Shown here one piece after another: positions 1 to 7,022 of a DNA stretch of 64,000 nucleotides. Numbering within the stretch: the first letter of the stretch is position 1; each line of letters starts with the position of its first letter. The translations under genes were made by a program, and so were the position numbers. Source of the DNA: a virus (Duplodnaviria; Heunggongvirae; Uroviricota; Caudoviricetes). The notes beneath the pieces were generated by a model. That model had not been told where the DNA came from, made no database searches, and saw only the letters and a program-made list of their open reading frames with translations. Where the stretch lies: IMG/VR virus record IMGVR_UViG_3300035703_000003; one strand, 5' to 3'.

Positions 1-71
1 TGACGGTTGGTTACGATCCAACGCTACCGAGTCCACAGCTCAGTGTGCTACCATTATCACTACATCAGGAT

Positions 72-147
72 TGGCCCTTGGGGACGGAATCGAACCGCCG
101 ACACCATGCTCTTCAGGCATGTGTTCTACCAACTGAACTACCCAAGG
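72..147 (-). tRNA. tRNA-Phe (anticodon GAA), CCA encoded
   Basis: Hand-folded cloverleaf on the reverse complement: acceptor CCTTGGG/CCCAAGG, D-arm GTTCAGTTGGTAGAAC, anticodon loop CTGAAGA, T-loop TTCGATT, 3' CCA. Confidence 0.8.
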
Positions 148-154
148 ATAAACT

Positions 155-240
155 GGTGGGGATGGATGGATTCGAACCAACTCACCTCTACAGGAACGGA
201 TTTACAGTCCGCCGCGACTCTCCAACTTCGCCGCATCCCC
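155..240 (-). tRNA. tRNA-Tyr (anticodon GTA), long variable arm, CCA encoded
   Basis: Acceptor GGGGATG/CATCCCC, anticodon stem GCGGA/TCCGT with loop CTGTAAA, about 14-nt variable arm, T-loop TTCGAAT. Confidence 0.75.
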
Positions 241-254
241 AAATTTAAACAGTA

Positions 255-470
255 ACCTTTTGCACCTGCACGATGTTGAATCGAACTCATCGTTTAGGGA
301 CTCGAACCCTGCTTCATTTACTCTCTTGCACCAGCAAGATCCAACTTATAGTTGGTCTAAAATGCTACTCCTGGTGGGGAACGATCCCACACGGAAAGTC
401 TCGAACCTTTCCGTAACCTCTTGCAGGAGCGGGCCTTGGGACTTTCGAGATCCTTTAGGCTTTGTCTATT
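255..470 (-). ncRNA. Unresolved tRNA-like or structured RNA region (1-2 elements)
   Basis: Two T-loop-like motifs (GGGACTCGAACCC at 297-309; TCTCGAACC at 399-407) and an AACGATCCC hairpin (376-390), but I could not close canonical acceptor stems by hand. Confidence 0.3.
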
Positions 471-546
471 TGGTGCTTCTAGGAAGAATCGAACTTCCTT
501 CTAGACGCTTATCGGGCGCCTGCCTTTCCATTAGACAGTTAGAAGC
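471..546 (-). tRNA. tRNA, anticodon GAT (Ile) as folded; C at position 33 is atypical
   Basis: Acceptor GCTTCTA/TAGAAGC, T-arm GGAAG-TTCGATT-CTTCC, anticodon stem GGCGC/GCGTC with loop CCGATAA, CCA encoded. D-stem register is irregular. Confidence 0.5.
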
Positions 547-551
547 ATTAT

Positions 552-628
552 TGGTCCCGCATACGGGTTTCGAACCCGTTTCTCCGACTTGAAAGGCCAG
601 CGACCATCACCGAGTAGTCCTATGCGAG
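552..628 (-). tRNA. tRNA-Glu (anticodon TTC)
   Basis: Acceptor CTCGCAT/ATGCGGG (one G-U), T-arm ACGGG-TTCGAAA-CCCGT, anticodon stem CTGGC/GTCGG (two G-U) with loop CTTTCAA, CCA encoded. Confidence 0.6.
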
Positions 629-635
629 ATATATT

Positions 636-711
636 TGGTTGTCCAGGGTGGGATTGAACCACCGACCCCAGTCTTATCAGGACTGTGCTACTACCACTGA
701 GCTACTGGACA
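636..711 (-). tRNA. tRNA-Ile (anticodon GAT)
   Basis: Acceptor TGTCCAG/CTGGACA, D-arm GCTCAGTGGTAG, anticodon stem CAGTC/GACTG with loop CTGATAA, T-arm GGTGG-TTCAATC-CCACC, CCA encoded. Confidence 0.75.
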
Positions 712-1045
712 ATAAACTCTATTTTTACAAAAGGCAGCGAGGGGATATGCTCCGGGTCCCTAAACCTGCTCCTCTTTTCGTTACACTAGGGAATGTAACT
801 ACTTCTGCTTACTTGCTCTGCCTATTCTAGAAATAGAGTAATTGGTAGCGACATTTGGTAACGCTCCAAATCTTCAGCCTTATGAGAGCCGAGTCGGCAC
901 TTGCCGTGTCGCCAAAATATTATTAGCTTGCTGCTAGATTTTTACTCTGCCGTTATCGCCGGACATTTCATCTTCTAACACGCCCATTTGAGTTTGTTTA
1001 TAGTGGTTACTCGCAGTCTCGTTCCGCATTTCCACTTTAGCCTAA

Positions 1046-1079
1046 TAAAAAACCCTCCTAGTATCTCTACTGGAGGGTG
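1046..1079 (-). terminator. Rho-independent terminator (minus orientation)
   Basis: CCCTCC...GGAGGG hairpin followed by a T-run on the minus strand (A-run on plus), downstream of the 1290..2051 gene. Confidence 0.5.
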
Positions 1080-1289
1080 TCATTGCGTTTATGTGTATCT
1101 ACACTTATCCGCTATAACCCTCCGAGAACTCAAAGAGATACTCGTGGCGTTCAAAACGCTTAATGCTAATCATGTGTTTAGTATTGTGAGTCATCTCTTG
1201 ATTTCCTTTTGCTTATGTTAGTAATATAGTGCTTTTATTTATCATCGTCAACCGTTTTCTTTGACAATTTAGACGTATTACAAAAAAAA

Positions 1290-2051
1290 TTAGTCTTCTG
1301 TTTGAACAAAACTTGTTCTGCATATCCTAGGGTAATTTGTTAAATTTTCATAGGCTTCGTGTGGATCAGTAAGAAGTTTGCCGACAGTTATAGGTCCGTA
1401 GTTAGTGATACGTTTAGAATCTATATTATACCCTTTGTCTTCTATTGCTTCTCTATTATCAGTTACAAATTTTACAAATTCTTTGTCCCTGTTCCAATCA
1501 TGAGTAATCGCATTACCTCGCAGAGGAAATTGAACAAAAAACTTAGGTAAAACTTCGCCTCTTGTACTTGCGTTTGCTAATAGTGATATGTCTTTCTCGT
1601 CATATGCATTGGTTATATTAGATCCATAAGGGTTTGTCGATATTATGTTTTCATACATGTAGATACACAGATCTCCAAACTCGGCTTCTCCATTACAGTG
1701 TTCATAATCGTCGTCTGTGAACTTTTTTATTAAATCCTTACTTACAGGTAATAAATTAATATAAGAAACCGACAAACTATATTCTGTAAATTCCGGGTAT
1801 AACTTGTACGGTGTTTCGTTGATGCGAATCATACATAAATGCGGGACTCTAATAATTTTTTCCCACAATGGAATAATGTTTTGTATTGCATCCATACTAG
1901 TGTCAATTCGCCATTCAATAGTTGCTTTTTCAATGTCAGTAGTAGGACGTCTAATATTATAATTTACACTATCAGATACATCGCTAGGATTGTCATATAT
2001 AAAACCGTCGTAATCAACTATATCTGTTAATCCAACTACGAATTTTAACAT
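1290..2051 (-). CDS. Hypothetical protein, paralog of the adjacent 2055..2858 gene
   Basis: 253-aa ORF. Shares N-terminal K(F)V(V/I)GLTD and a central EKATIEW(R/Q)(I/L)D motif with the neighbouring ORF. Confidence 0.6.
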   Translation of the reverse strand: MLKFVVGLTDIVDYDGFIYDNPSDVSDSVNYNIRRPTTDIEKATIEWRIDTSMDAIQNIIPLWEKIIRVPHLCMIRINETPYKLYPEFTEYSLSVSYINLLPVSKDLIKKFTDDDYEHCNGEAEFGDLCIYMYENIISTNPYGSNITNAYDEKDISLLANASTRGEVLPKFFVQFPLRGNAITHDWNRDKEFVKFVTDNREAIEDKGYNIDSKRITNYGPITVGKLLTDPHEAYENLTNYPRICRTSFVQTED

Positions 2052-2054
2052 AAA

Positions 2055-2858
2055 TTAATCCTCTACTATATCAATTCGACAAACTTTATTATAAGTTTGT
2101 ATTTTTTCAAATGCGTCCTCATAATTACCAATTAAATCTCCTATAACAAGACCACCTGTTTTTGTTTTGTTATCTGATATATAGTATCCTTTAGATTCCA
2201 GAACGTCGTTGTTACTCAGCATCCAACTTTTCTGACTAATTGACATTGTCTTAGTTGGTGTTCTCGCAGAATTAGAAACAAAACTTATCGTAAATGCAGG
2301 GTATACTACACGTTCTGCAGGACTGTCTGATAACAAGTCTGTTGTGTTCATAGTTTGTGCATAGTCTAATGTGCTACGTATATTTATCCCATTACGTTCA
2401 TATGAACTTACACTATCGAGTTCTAAACTACCGTAGACTGGGATTCTATCTGTTGATATATTATCGTAGTCGGTATCTGTATATAATGGAAAATCAATGC
2501 CTGTAACAGGAATCAGCGTTGTTAGTTCTACAAAAATATCTGCATTTACTAATCTAGTTTCAGAAGAAATCCAGCTAGTATAAATCACTGACATCATATG
2601 CAACCTATTAGATTTAATGATTTTGTATACATTTATTAAGTTAGTAACAGCAGGTAATGTGTAGTCTAACTGCCATTCAATAGTTGCCTTTTCGATTGAT
2701 AATTCGATATTATTCATTAAATTATACGCATCTCGATCAGGATTTAGATCATCTAACTCAGGTCTAGCTGATTCATCTAGTAACCTATAATTAGGAATAA
2801 AACTTTCACTTTCTAAATCTGTCAGACCTATTACAAACTTCGCAGACATATTTTTCAC
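2055..2858 (-). CDS. Hypothetical protein, paralog of 1290..2051
   Basis: 267-aa ORF abutting 1290..2051 with the shared motifs listed above. Confidence 0.6.
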   Translation of the reverse strand: MKNMSAKFVIGLTDLESESFIPNYRLLDESARPELDDLNPDRDAYNLMNNIELSIEKATIEWQLDYTLPAVTNLINVYKIIKSNRLHMMSVIYTSWISSETRLVNADIFVELTTLIPVTGIDFPLYTDTDYDNISTDRIPVYGSLELDSVSSYERNGINIRSTLDYAQTMNTTDLLSDSPAERVVYPAFTISFVSNSARTPTKTMSISQKSWMLSNNDVLESKGYYISDNKTKTGGLVIGDLIGNYEDAFEKIQTYNKVCRIDIVED

Positions 2859-2886
2859 CTTTACTGTTTAGTAAATGTATTTAGTA

Positions 2887-2960
2887 TGGTGCCGGTAGAG
2901 AGAATCGAACTCCCGTCAGCTGATTACTAATCAGCTGCTAAACCACTCAGCTATACCGGC
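2887..2960 (-). tRNA. tRNA, anticodon loop TTAGTAA (anticodon AGT as read, Thr-type; A34 unusual)
   Basis: Acceptor GCCGGTA/TACCGGC, anticodon stem AGCTGA/TCAGCT, T-arm GGGAG-TTCGATT-CTCTC, CCA encoded. Confidence 0.5.
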
Positions 2961-2965
2961 ATTAT

Positions 2966-3040
<75 letters not shown>

Positions 3041-3124
3041 AATGCCTACGCCCGAAAGCGTAGGGTGCTGGTCCTCTGTGTTCTTATCTTGGGATCACAG
3101 CGGGGGTGTTAAACTTATACAAGT

Positions 3125-3637
3125 TTAATTCTCGTATAACGATTCGTAATCATCGTCTGATTCGTAATCGTCGTTGTCGACGTATTCTTGCTCTTCTGGA
3201 GCAGAACCATACGCTTTGTAATAGTCTTCATTTTCTTTTAGTATACGAAGATCAGTACCAGTTAATGCAAACTTAAGTTGAAAAAACTCATCGTAATTAT
3301 ACAACTCAGTGATAAACCAAAGTGTTCCACAACCTCCACCTGCTTTTTTAATAACACCTGTTTCGATTGATAGATCTTCAATGGCTCTTTTTAACTTAGC
3401 ACCATAGCTAGTAATGATACGTAAAAATTGTTTCTTACTTCCTAGCTTGTTCTTATCTTCTTCTGTTAATGGTGTGATGATTGCAGTGTTAGAATCATCA
3501 ATTACTACTAAGCAGTTTTTAACTTTGATACTGCCTTTAGTGTGGTTGCTATCTGGAGTTTCTTTGGTAGTCCAAGGAACGCTACAGTTTACGTGGTTTA
3601 CATAAAATGTTTCGCCACGGAACTTAAGAACCCACAT
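3125..3637 (-). CDS. Hypothetical protein with strongly acidic C-terminal tail
   Basis: 170-aa ORF. C-terminus is EEQEYVDNDDYESDDDYESLYEN. No recognisable catalytic motif. Confidence 0.55.
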   Translation of the reverse strand: MWVLKFRGETFYVNHVNCSVPWTTKETPDSNHTKGSIKVKNCLVVIDDSNTAIITPLTEEDKNKLGSKKQFLRIITSYGAKLKRAIEDLSIETGVIKKAGGGCGTLWFITELYNYDEFFQLKFALTGTDLRILKENEDYYKAYGSAPEEQEYVDNDDYESDDDYESLYEN

Positions 3638-3741
3638 AGGGATAGTATCATCTTCTAAGTGTTTTTTGTTAAAATGAAAAACTACATCTTTACAAGCATA
3701 TTCAATCTACGACATTTTATTCTCCTAATTGTTCGTATAGT

Positions 3742-3816
3742 TGGTGCGCTCTACGGGTAACGATCCCGTCTACTAAGGGTTAGAATCCTCTGACAATCCA
3801 TCTTGTCCAAGAGCGC
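3742..3816 (-). ncRNA. Atypical tRNA-like element (T-loop ATCGTTA; anticodon arm ambiguous, CUA or UCU)
   Basis: CCA encoded, acceptor GCGCTCT/AGAGCGC pairs perfectly, D-arm GACA-AGATGGAT-TGTC, T-stem ACGGG/CCCGT. The T-loop is non-canonical and the anticodon stem has two mismatches whichever register is used. Confidence 0.4.
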
Positions 3817-3822
3817 AAATAA

Positions 3823-3896
3823 TGGCGAGGGTGCAGAGAGTCGAACTCTGGCTTGCGGTTTTGGAGACCGCCGTGCTACCATAACACTTCACCGAC
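3823..3896 (-). tRNA. tRNA-Trp-like (anticodon CCA); acceptor stem has two mismatches
   Basis: T-arm CAGAG-TTCGACT-CTCTG, anticodon stem GCGGT/ACCGC with loop CTCCAAA, D-arm GTGT-TATGGTA-GCAC. Acceptor is GTCGGTG vs CACCCTC (T.T and C.C at pairs 2 and 3). Confidence 0.5.
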
Positions 3897-3902
3897 ATAA
3901 AT

Positions 3903-3978
3903 TTGGAGCGGGCGAAGGGGATCGAACCCTCGACAATCTGCTTGGAAGGCAGGAGCTCTACCGCTGAGCTACACCCGC
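3903..3978 (-). tRNA. tRNA-Gly (anticodon TCC)
   Basis: Acceptor GCGGGTG/CGCCCGC, D-arm GCTCAGCGGTAGAGC, anticodon loop CTTCCAA, T-arm GAGGG-TTCGATC-CCCTT, CCA encoded. Confidence 0.7.
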
Positions 3979-4272
3979 ATTGAATCTCTATATAAACCGG
4001 TTACTATCATCCGGAGTTACTATTTCGTTGCAACAGATTAGTTTTAGACGTTAAACGACACTCCATGTGGATTTTGTTTCGGTAACCACTCAACCATATC
4101 CCCAACTTCTCTGACCCCGGAATGCACGTCGCAGGCAGCTGGCCCTTTTCGCTAGGTCTAAACTAGTTTACTTCAGTAGTCTTGTTTGGCAGTTGCAACA
4201 AACGGTCCCGCTTACCGAAAGTAGTAGACCGCTTTAGCAGTCTTGTTGTCGTTGCTCAACACTACAATTTAT

Positions 4273-4349
4273 TGGTCCGAGTAGCAGGATTTGAACCCAC
4301 GACATCCTGGTCCCAAACCAGGCGCTCTACCAAACTGAGCTACACTCGG
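4273..4349 (-). tRNA. tRNA-Pro (anticodon TGG)
   Basis: Acceptor CCGAGTG/TACTCGG, D-arm GCTCAGTTTGGTAGAGC, anticodon stem CCTGG/CCAGG with loop TTTGGGA, T-loop TTCAAAT, CCA encoded. Confidence 0.75.
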
Positions 4350-4357
4350 ATACATTT

Positions 4358-4436
4358 TGGTCTGGGTGAAAGGATTTGAACCTTCGACCTCTCGCTTCCA
4401 AGGCGAGCACTCTAACACAGGCTGAGCTACACCCAG
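4358..4436 (-). tRNA. tRNA, anticodon TGG (second Pro-type copy)
   Basis: Acceptor CACCCAG/CTGGGTG, anticodon stem CTCGC/GCGAG with loop CTTGGAA, T-loop TTCAAAT, CCA encoded. Confidence 0.65.
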
Positions 4437-4443
4437 ATATTAT

Positions 4444-4519
4444 TGGCTGGGAAGGTAGGATTCGAACCTACAACCAACGGATTCAAAGTCCGCTACTCTA
4501 CCAATTGAGCTACTTCCCA
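4444..4519 (-). tRNA. tRNA-Gln (anticodon TTG)
   Basis: Acceptor TGGGAAG/CTTCCCA, D-arm GCTCAATTGGTAGAGT, anticodon stem GCGGA/TCCGT with loop CTTTGAA, T-arm GTAGG-TTCGAAT-CCTAC, CCA encoded. Confidence 0.75.
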
Positions 4520-4527
4520 TCAACCTT

Positions 4528-4604
4528 TGGTGCGGATGGAGGGACTCGAACCCCCAACATCTGCGTTCTAAGCGCAGCGACTCTACCAATTGGCCTACAT
4601 CCGC
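4528..4604 (-). tRNA. Class-I-shaped tRNA with anticodon TAG (Leu codon CUA), short variable arm
   Basis: Acceptor GCGGATG/CATCCGC, discriminator A, D-region GGCCAATTGGTAGAGT, anticodon stem CTGCG/CGCAG with loop CTTAGAA, 5-nt variable loop, CCA encoded. Confidence 0.6.
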
Positions 4605-4610
4605 ATAATT

Positions 4611-4694
4611 TGGAGGTCGGTGCGTGAATCGAACACGCTACTTTTCAGTGCTATGGATTTGCAATCCAACCCCTTACCATCCGGGCCACCGACC
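4611..4694 (-). tRNA. tRNA (84 nt, long variable region); anticodon loop probably TTGCAAA (GCA), assignment uncertain
   Basis: Acceptor GGTCGGT/ACCGACC pairs perfectly, T-arm GCGTG-TTCGATT-CACGC, CCA encoded. Internal arms could not be folded unambiguously. Confidence 0.45.
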
Positions 4695-4702
4695 GTTGTA
4701 TT

Positions 4703-4777
4703 TGGTGCTGGTAGAGAGAATCGAACTCCCAATCTACTCATTACAAGTGAGTTGCCTTACCATTGGGCCATACCAGC
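4703..4777 (-). tRNA. tRNA-Thr (anticodon TGT)
   Basis: Acceptor GCTGGTA/TACCAGC, anticodon stem ACTCA/TGAGT with loop CTTGTAA, T-arm GGGAG-TTCGATT-CTCTC, CCA encoded. Confidence 0.75.
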
Positions 4778-5011
4778 GATATATTCGTATACTTCTTCGT
4801 ATGTCTTAAACATACGTGTTCCGTGTTTGCTAACAACTCTTACAGAGGAGCCAAAGCACTGAACTAAACCAAAACCAGGAAACCTACCGTTGCCTGGTCG
4901 TCTGTTATTCCATCTATTACGTTTACGCACAGGTTGTGTATAAACGTGTTCTATTCCTAATAGTTCTCCACATCTTGTGTAAAACTGTTCTTTTTCTTCT
5001 GATGTTTTCAT
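4757..5011 (-). CDS. Small basic hypothetical protein inside the tRNA cluster (3' end overlaps tRNA-Thr)
   Basis: 84-aa ORF rich in R/K/N (RKRNRWNNRRPGNGRF). Its context is otherwise non-coding, so the call is tentative. Confidence 0.3.
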   Translation of the reverse strand: MKTSEEKEQFYTRCGELLGIEHVYTQPVRKRNRWNNRRPGNGRFPGFGLVQCFGSSVRVVSKHGTRMFKTYEEVYEYIAGMAQW

Positions 5012-5062
5012 ATTGTCCTCTCACATATCTTTACGGTTTTAATGGCTTAACCGAAAACCTAT

Positions 5063-5137
5063 TGGAGCGGGTAACGGGATTCGAACCCGTGACCTGGTGC
5101 TTGGCAAGCAGCCGCTCTACCCCTGAGCTACACCCGC
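5063..5137 (-). tRNA. tRNA-Gly (anticodon GCC)
   Basis: Acceptor GCGGGTG/TACCCGC, D-arm GCTCAGGGGTAGAGC, anticodon loop TTGCCAA (one C.C in the stem), T-arm ACGGG-TTCGAAT-CCCGT, CCA encoded. Confidence 0.65.
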
Positions 5138-5144
5138 ATTTATT

Positions 5145-5220
5145 TGGTGGACCCTAGCGGGATCGAACCGCTGACCTACGGCTTGCAAAACCGTCGCTCT
5201 CCCAACTGAGCTAAGAGCCC
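5145..5220 (-). tRNA. tRNA-Ala (anticodon TGC)
   Basis: Acceptor GGGCTCT/AGGGTCC (two G-U), D-arm GCTCAGTTGGGAGAGC, anticodon stem ACGGT/GCCGT with loop TTTGCAA, T-arm AGCGG-TTCGATC-CCGCT, CCA encoded. Confidence 0.7.
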
Positions 5221-5659
5221 GTATTCTATTTATAAACTACGTTTAGAAGATACACATAAACTTAGCATAACGCTCTCCGGACTAAGCCTCTGTTAGTATA
5301 TATGTGTATCGTCAAAACGTAATGTTTTGCCTAGCTTGAGATTACAGCGTAGGACGGGAGCCTTTGAGCATTACCGTTGGCCTTGCGAGCCACGTTCTCT
5401 CGTTATCCACAGAAGCCTGTTACGGTCATCCTGTATCTCCCAATGGTGCCTTTTTTGGAGAGTGGCGTTTCTCTCGTCGCACGTTGCTACTCGTCCTTCT
5501 ATCCTTCGTCTGCCTTGCGAGCAGTTCAGAGTCGCTAAACCCTTACGCTATCTTTCCGAACAACTACATCAGCCTTGCGAGCATCCGTAGACCACATTCT
5601 CTTTCGAGTGTGGCATTAACCACCTTTCACAACGTACCGGGACAGTCTTTCGCTTTTGT

Positions 5660-5730
5660 TTCAATAGTAGGAGTTGAACCTACAATCCATCGTTCTGAAT
5701 ACGATTGCATTACCGTTATGCAATATTGCG
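5660..5730 (-). ncRNA. tRNA-like element with anticodon loop ATTCAGA (anticodon UCA, would read UGA); acceptor weak, no CCA
   Basis: T-arm GTAGG-TTCAACT-CCTAC, 5-nt variable, anticodon stem ATCGT/ACGAT perfect, D-arm GCAT-AACGGTA-ATGC. Only 5 of 7 acceptor pairs form. Confidence 0.35.
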
Positions 5731-6181
5731 AACCTACTTCGATGTGCTGTCCCAGTTGCACCATATCTTGTTAGATACAGTATACAACACACCGACTGTC
5801 TTTTGCCTTGCGGGCTACTCAACGTCACTTCAAGTATCCGGGGCCTAACCCTTCCACTCTTGTAATGCTACTACGCCTTTCCTTGCGGGGTCAGACAGTG
5901 TAGCTACCTGTTAGTATTCTCCATTCGTTGCTTTGGCTGTATGCTGTTCGGGCGCCAACCCTCTTACTACTCACCGACCGGCTCTGTAGCTATCCTTTCG
6001 GACAACACACGCAACTTACTGGATACCGCCTTTCTACGGACGGGACTTGCTTTCGCATTGCGAGTCAAGTCTAACCCAGGCTTGTATAGCTGGACCATTG
6101 CTGGCGCAAGTTTATAGGAAACCTTGCTTTGGGTGCATTGCTGCACTTACCCTTAAGTTGGACGCTATACCGCCCATATAA

Positions 6182-6292
6182 ACTGTGTTTAAAACTATAC
6201 ATTGTGGAATCGAACCACCGAGCCGACCACAAGGTCGACCTGTTCCATAACATCGGCGTGGCCTACGCCTTATGTATAGTTTAAAACACAGT
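6182..6292 (-). ncRNA. Structured element: 22-bp perfect inverted repeat enclosing about 65 nt with a T-arm-like hairpin and two further hairpins
   Basis: ACTGTGTTTAAAACTATACAT (6182-6203) is the exact reverse complement of 6270-6291. The interior contains GTGG-AATCGAA-CCAC, CGACC-ACAA-GGTCG and GGCGT-GGCCT-ACGCC. Confidence 0.5.
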
Positions 6293-6346
6293 CATTACTA
6301 AATTTTCAAAGAGCGTATAAGCAACTTGTTTGCTGCTTATGTTCTT

Positions 6347-6375
6347 AATATAGTATGTGTTGCTGTCATTGTCAA
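6347..6375 (-). promoter_or_regulatory. Sigma70-type promoter TTGACA-N17-TATATT, minus strand, reading into the ncRNA locus
   Basis: Reverse complement reads TTGACAatgacagcaacacatacTATATT. It belongs to the repeated promoter-leader element 6301-6380. Confidence 0.6.
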
Positions 6376-6575
6376 CACCTTTTTTTATCTTTTTTTATTT
6401 AATTACTTGAGCCTGTTGCCACAACATCAACAGCATTATCTACAAATTTTCGGCCGTGTAGTTATGGACTTGCGTCCTTGGGGTAAGTCATTACAGTTAC
6501 TTGGAAGGATGCATTTCCTTTGTTACTACAGCCGCTAAACCGTAGCACCTTTCACTTACTGACACTCAAGTATTT

Positions 6576-6649
6576 TGGCGACCCTACGGGGACTCGAACC
6601 CCGTTCACCAGGTAGACAGCCTAGTGTAATACCCATATACCATAGGGCC
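6576..6649 (-). tRNA. tRNA-Asp (anticodon GTC)
   Basis: Acceptor GGCCCTA/TAGGGTC, anticodon stem CTAGG/CCTGG with loop CTGTCTA, T-arm CGGGG-TTCGAGT-CCCCG, CCA encoded. Confidence 0.65.
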
Positions 6650-6655
6650 AATTTA

Positions 6656-6746
6656 TGGCGGACACTCAGGGATTCGAACCCTGGGACGCCTTTCGACGCC
6701 GTCGGTTTTCAAGACCGGTGCAATAATCCATCTCTGCCAAGTGTCC
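6656..6746 (-). tRNA. tRNA-Ser (anticodon TGA), long variable arm
   Basis: Acceptor GGACACT/AGTGTCC, anticodon loop CTTGAAA, variable-arm hairpin GGCGTC-GAAA-GGCGTC, T-arm CAGGG-TTCGAAT-CCCTG, CCA encoded. Confidence 0.7.
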
Positions 6747-6749
6747 GTA

Positions 6750-6835
6750 TTGCTTTAGACTGGGCTGTTTGCAGCTTTAACCCGGCTGGTTACGGGTGCG
6801 TTCCTCACAAGGGCCGATTATATCACAGTCTAAAC
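6750..6835. ncRNA. Short inverted-repeat-bounded element (9-bp IR, TTTAGACTG/CAGTCTAAA), possible small RNA
   Basis: IR flanks about 63 nt lying between two tRNA genes. No tRNA fold was found. Confidence 0.25.
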
Positions 6836-6836
6836 T

Positions 6837-6912
6837 TGGTTGCGTTGGGTGGGACTCGAACCCACGATCTTTTGGTTATGAGCCAAACGAGATGCCGCTT
6901 CTCTACCCCGCA
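6837..6912 (-). tRNA. tRNA with anticodon CAT (Met, fMet or Ile2 type); acceptor has two G.A mismatches
   Basis: T-arm GTGGG-TTCGAGT-CCCAC, anticodon stem TTTGG/CCAAA with loop CTCATAA, D-arm GAGA-AGCGGCA-TCTC. Acceptor is TGCGGGG vs CAACGCA. Confidence 0.5.
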
Positions 6913-6927
6913 ATAGTCCTATTATAA

Positions 6928-7015
6928 TGGCGGAGCGACTGGGAGTCGAACCCAGTGAGGGATTGCTCCCTCTACAGATTAGCAATCTGCTGCATTACCA
7001 TCCTGCCCCCGCTCC
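6928..7015 (-). tRNA. tRNA-Ser (anticodon GCT), long variable arm
   Basis: Acceptor GGAGCGG/TCGCTCC, anticodon stem GCAGA/TCTGT with loop TTGCTAA, variable hairpin GAGGGA-GCAA-TCCCTC, T-arm CTGGG-TTCGACT-CCCAG, CCA encoded. Confidence 0.7.
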
Positions 7016-7022
7016 GTATATT

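Larger units (their letters stand above)
5230..6300 (-). ncRNA. About 1.1-kb non-coding, highly structured RNA locus downstream of a consensus promoter (repeated CCTTGCGAG motif, multiple hairpins, embedded tRNA-like arms)
   Basis: There is no credible ORF: track ORFs here are short, mixed-frame and low-complexity. CCTTGCGAGC or a variant appears six times (5381, 5513, 5570, 5803, 5880, 6056). TTCTCTCG is repeated. The TTGACA-N17-TATATT promoter at 6347-6375 fires into this region on the minus strand. Confidence 0.5.

Noticed and set aside
7-830. Track ORFs 7..255, 45..248, 260..592 and 639..830 in the first kilobase
   Set aside because: They overlap hand-folded tRNA genes on the opposite strand, start with non-ATG codons and have no operonic context. 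I treat them as non-coding.
3044-3063. Hairpin CCTACGC-CCGAAA-GCGTAGG between the 170-aa gene and tRNA-Val as a terminator
   Set aside because: There is no T-run on either side. It is more likely a processing hairpin or part of the tRNA precursor, so it is not listed as a feature.
4273-4436. Suspicion that one of the two adjacent TGG-anticodon tRNAs was a hand-folding error
   Set aside because: Re-derived both anticodon loops from the plus-strand sequence (TCCCAAA and TTCCAAG between perfect 5-bp stems). Both give TGG, so I report two copies but flag them for automated confirmation.
5327-5865. ORFs 5327..5590, 5364..5774 and 5674..5865
   Set aside because: Three mutually overlapping frames with low-complexity products inside the region I interpret as structured non-coding RNA. 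No RBS or promoter is in the right orientation; the only strong promoter reads the opposite strand.
5230-6300. Possibility that the structured region encodes a tmRNA (ssrA)
   Set aside because: I looked for a tag reading frame ending in ...(A/L/V)AA-stop on both strands and for a 5'/3' tRNA-like domain ending in CCA. The only candidate frame (…AKATNGEY-stop on the minus strand near 5900) lacks the hydrophobic C-terminus, and no acceptor-CCA pairing was found. This remains untested rather than excluded; an Infernal scan would settle it.
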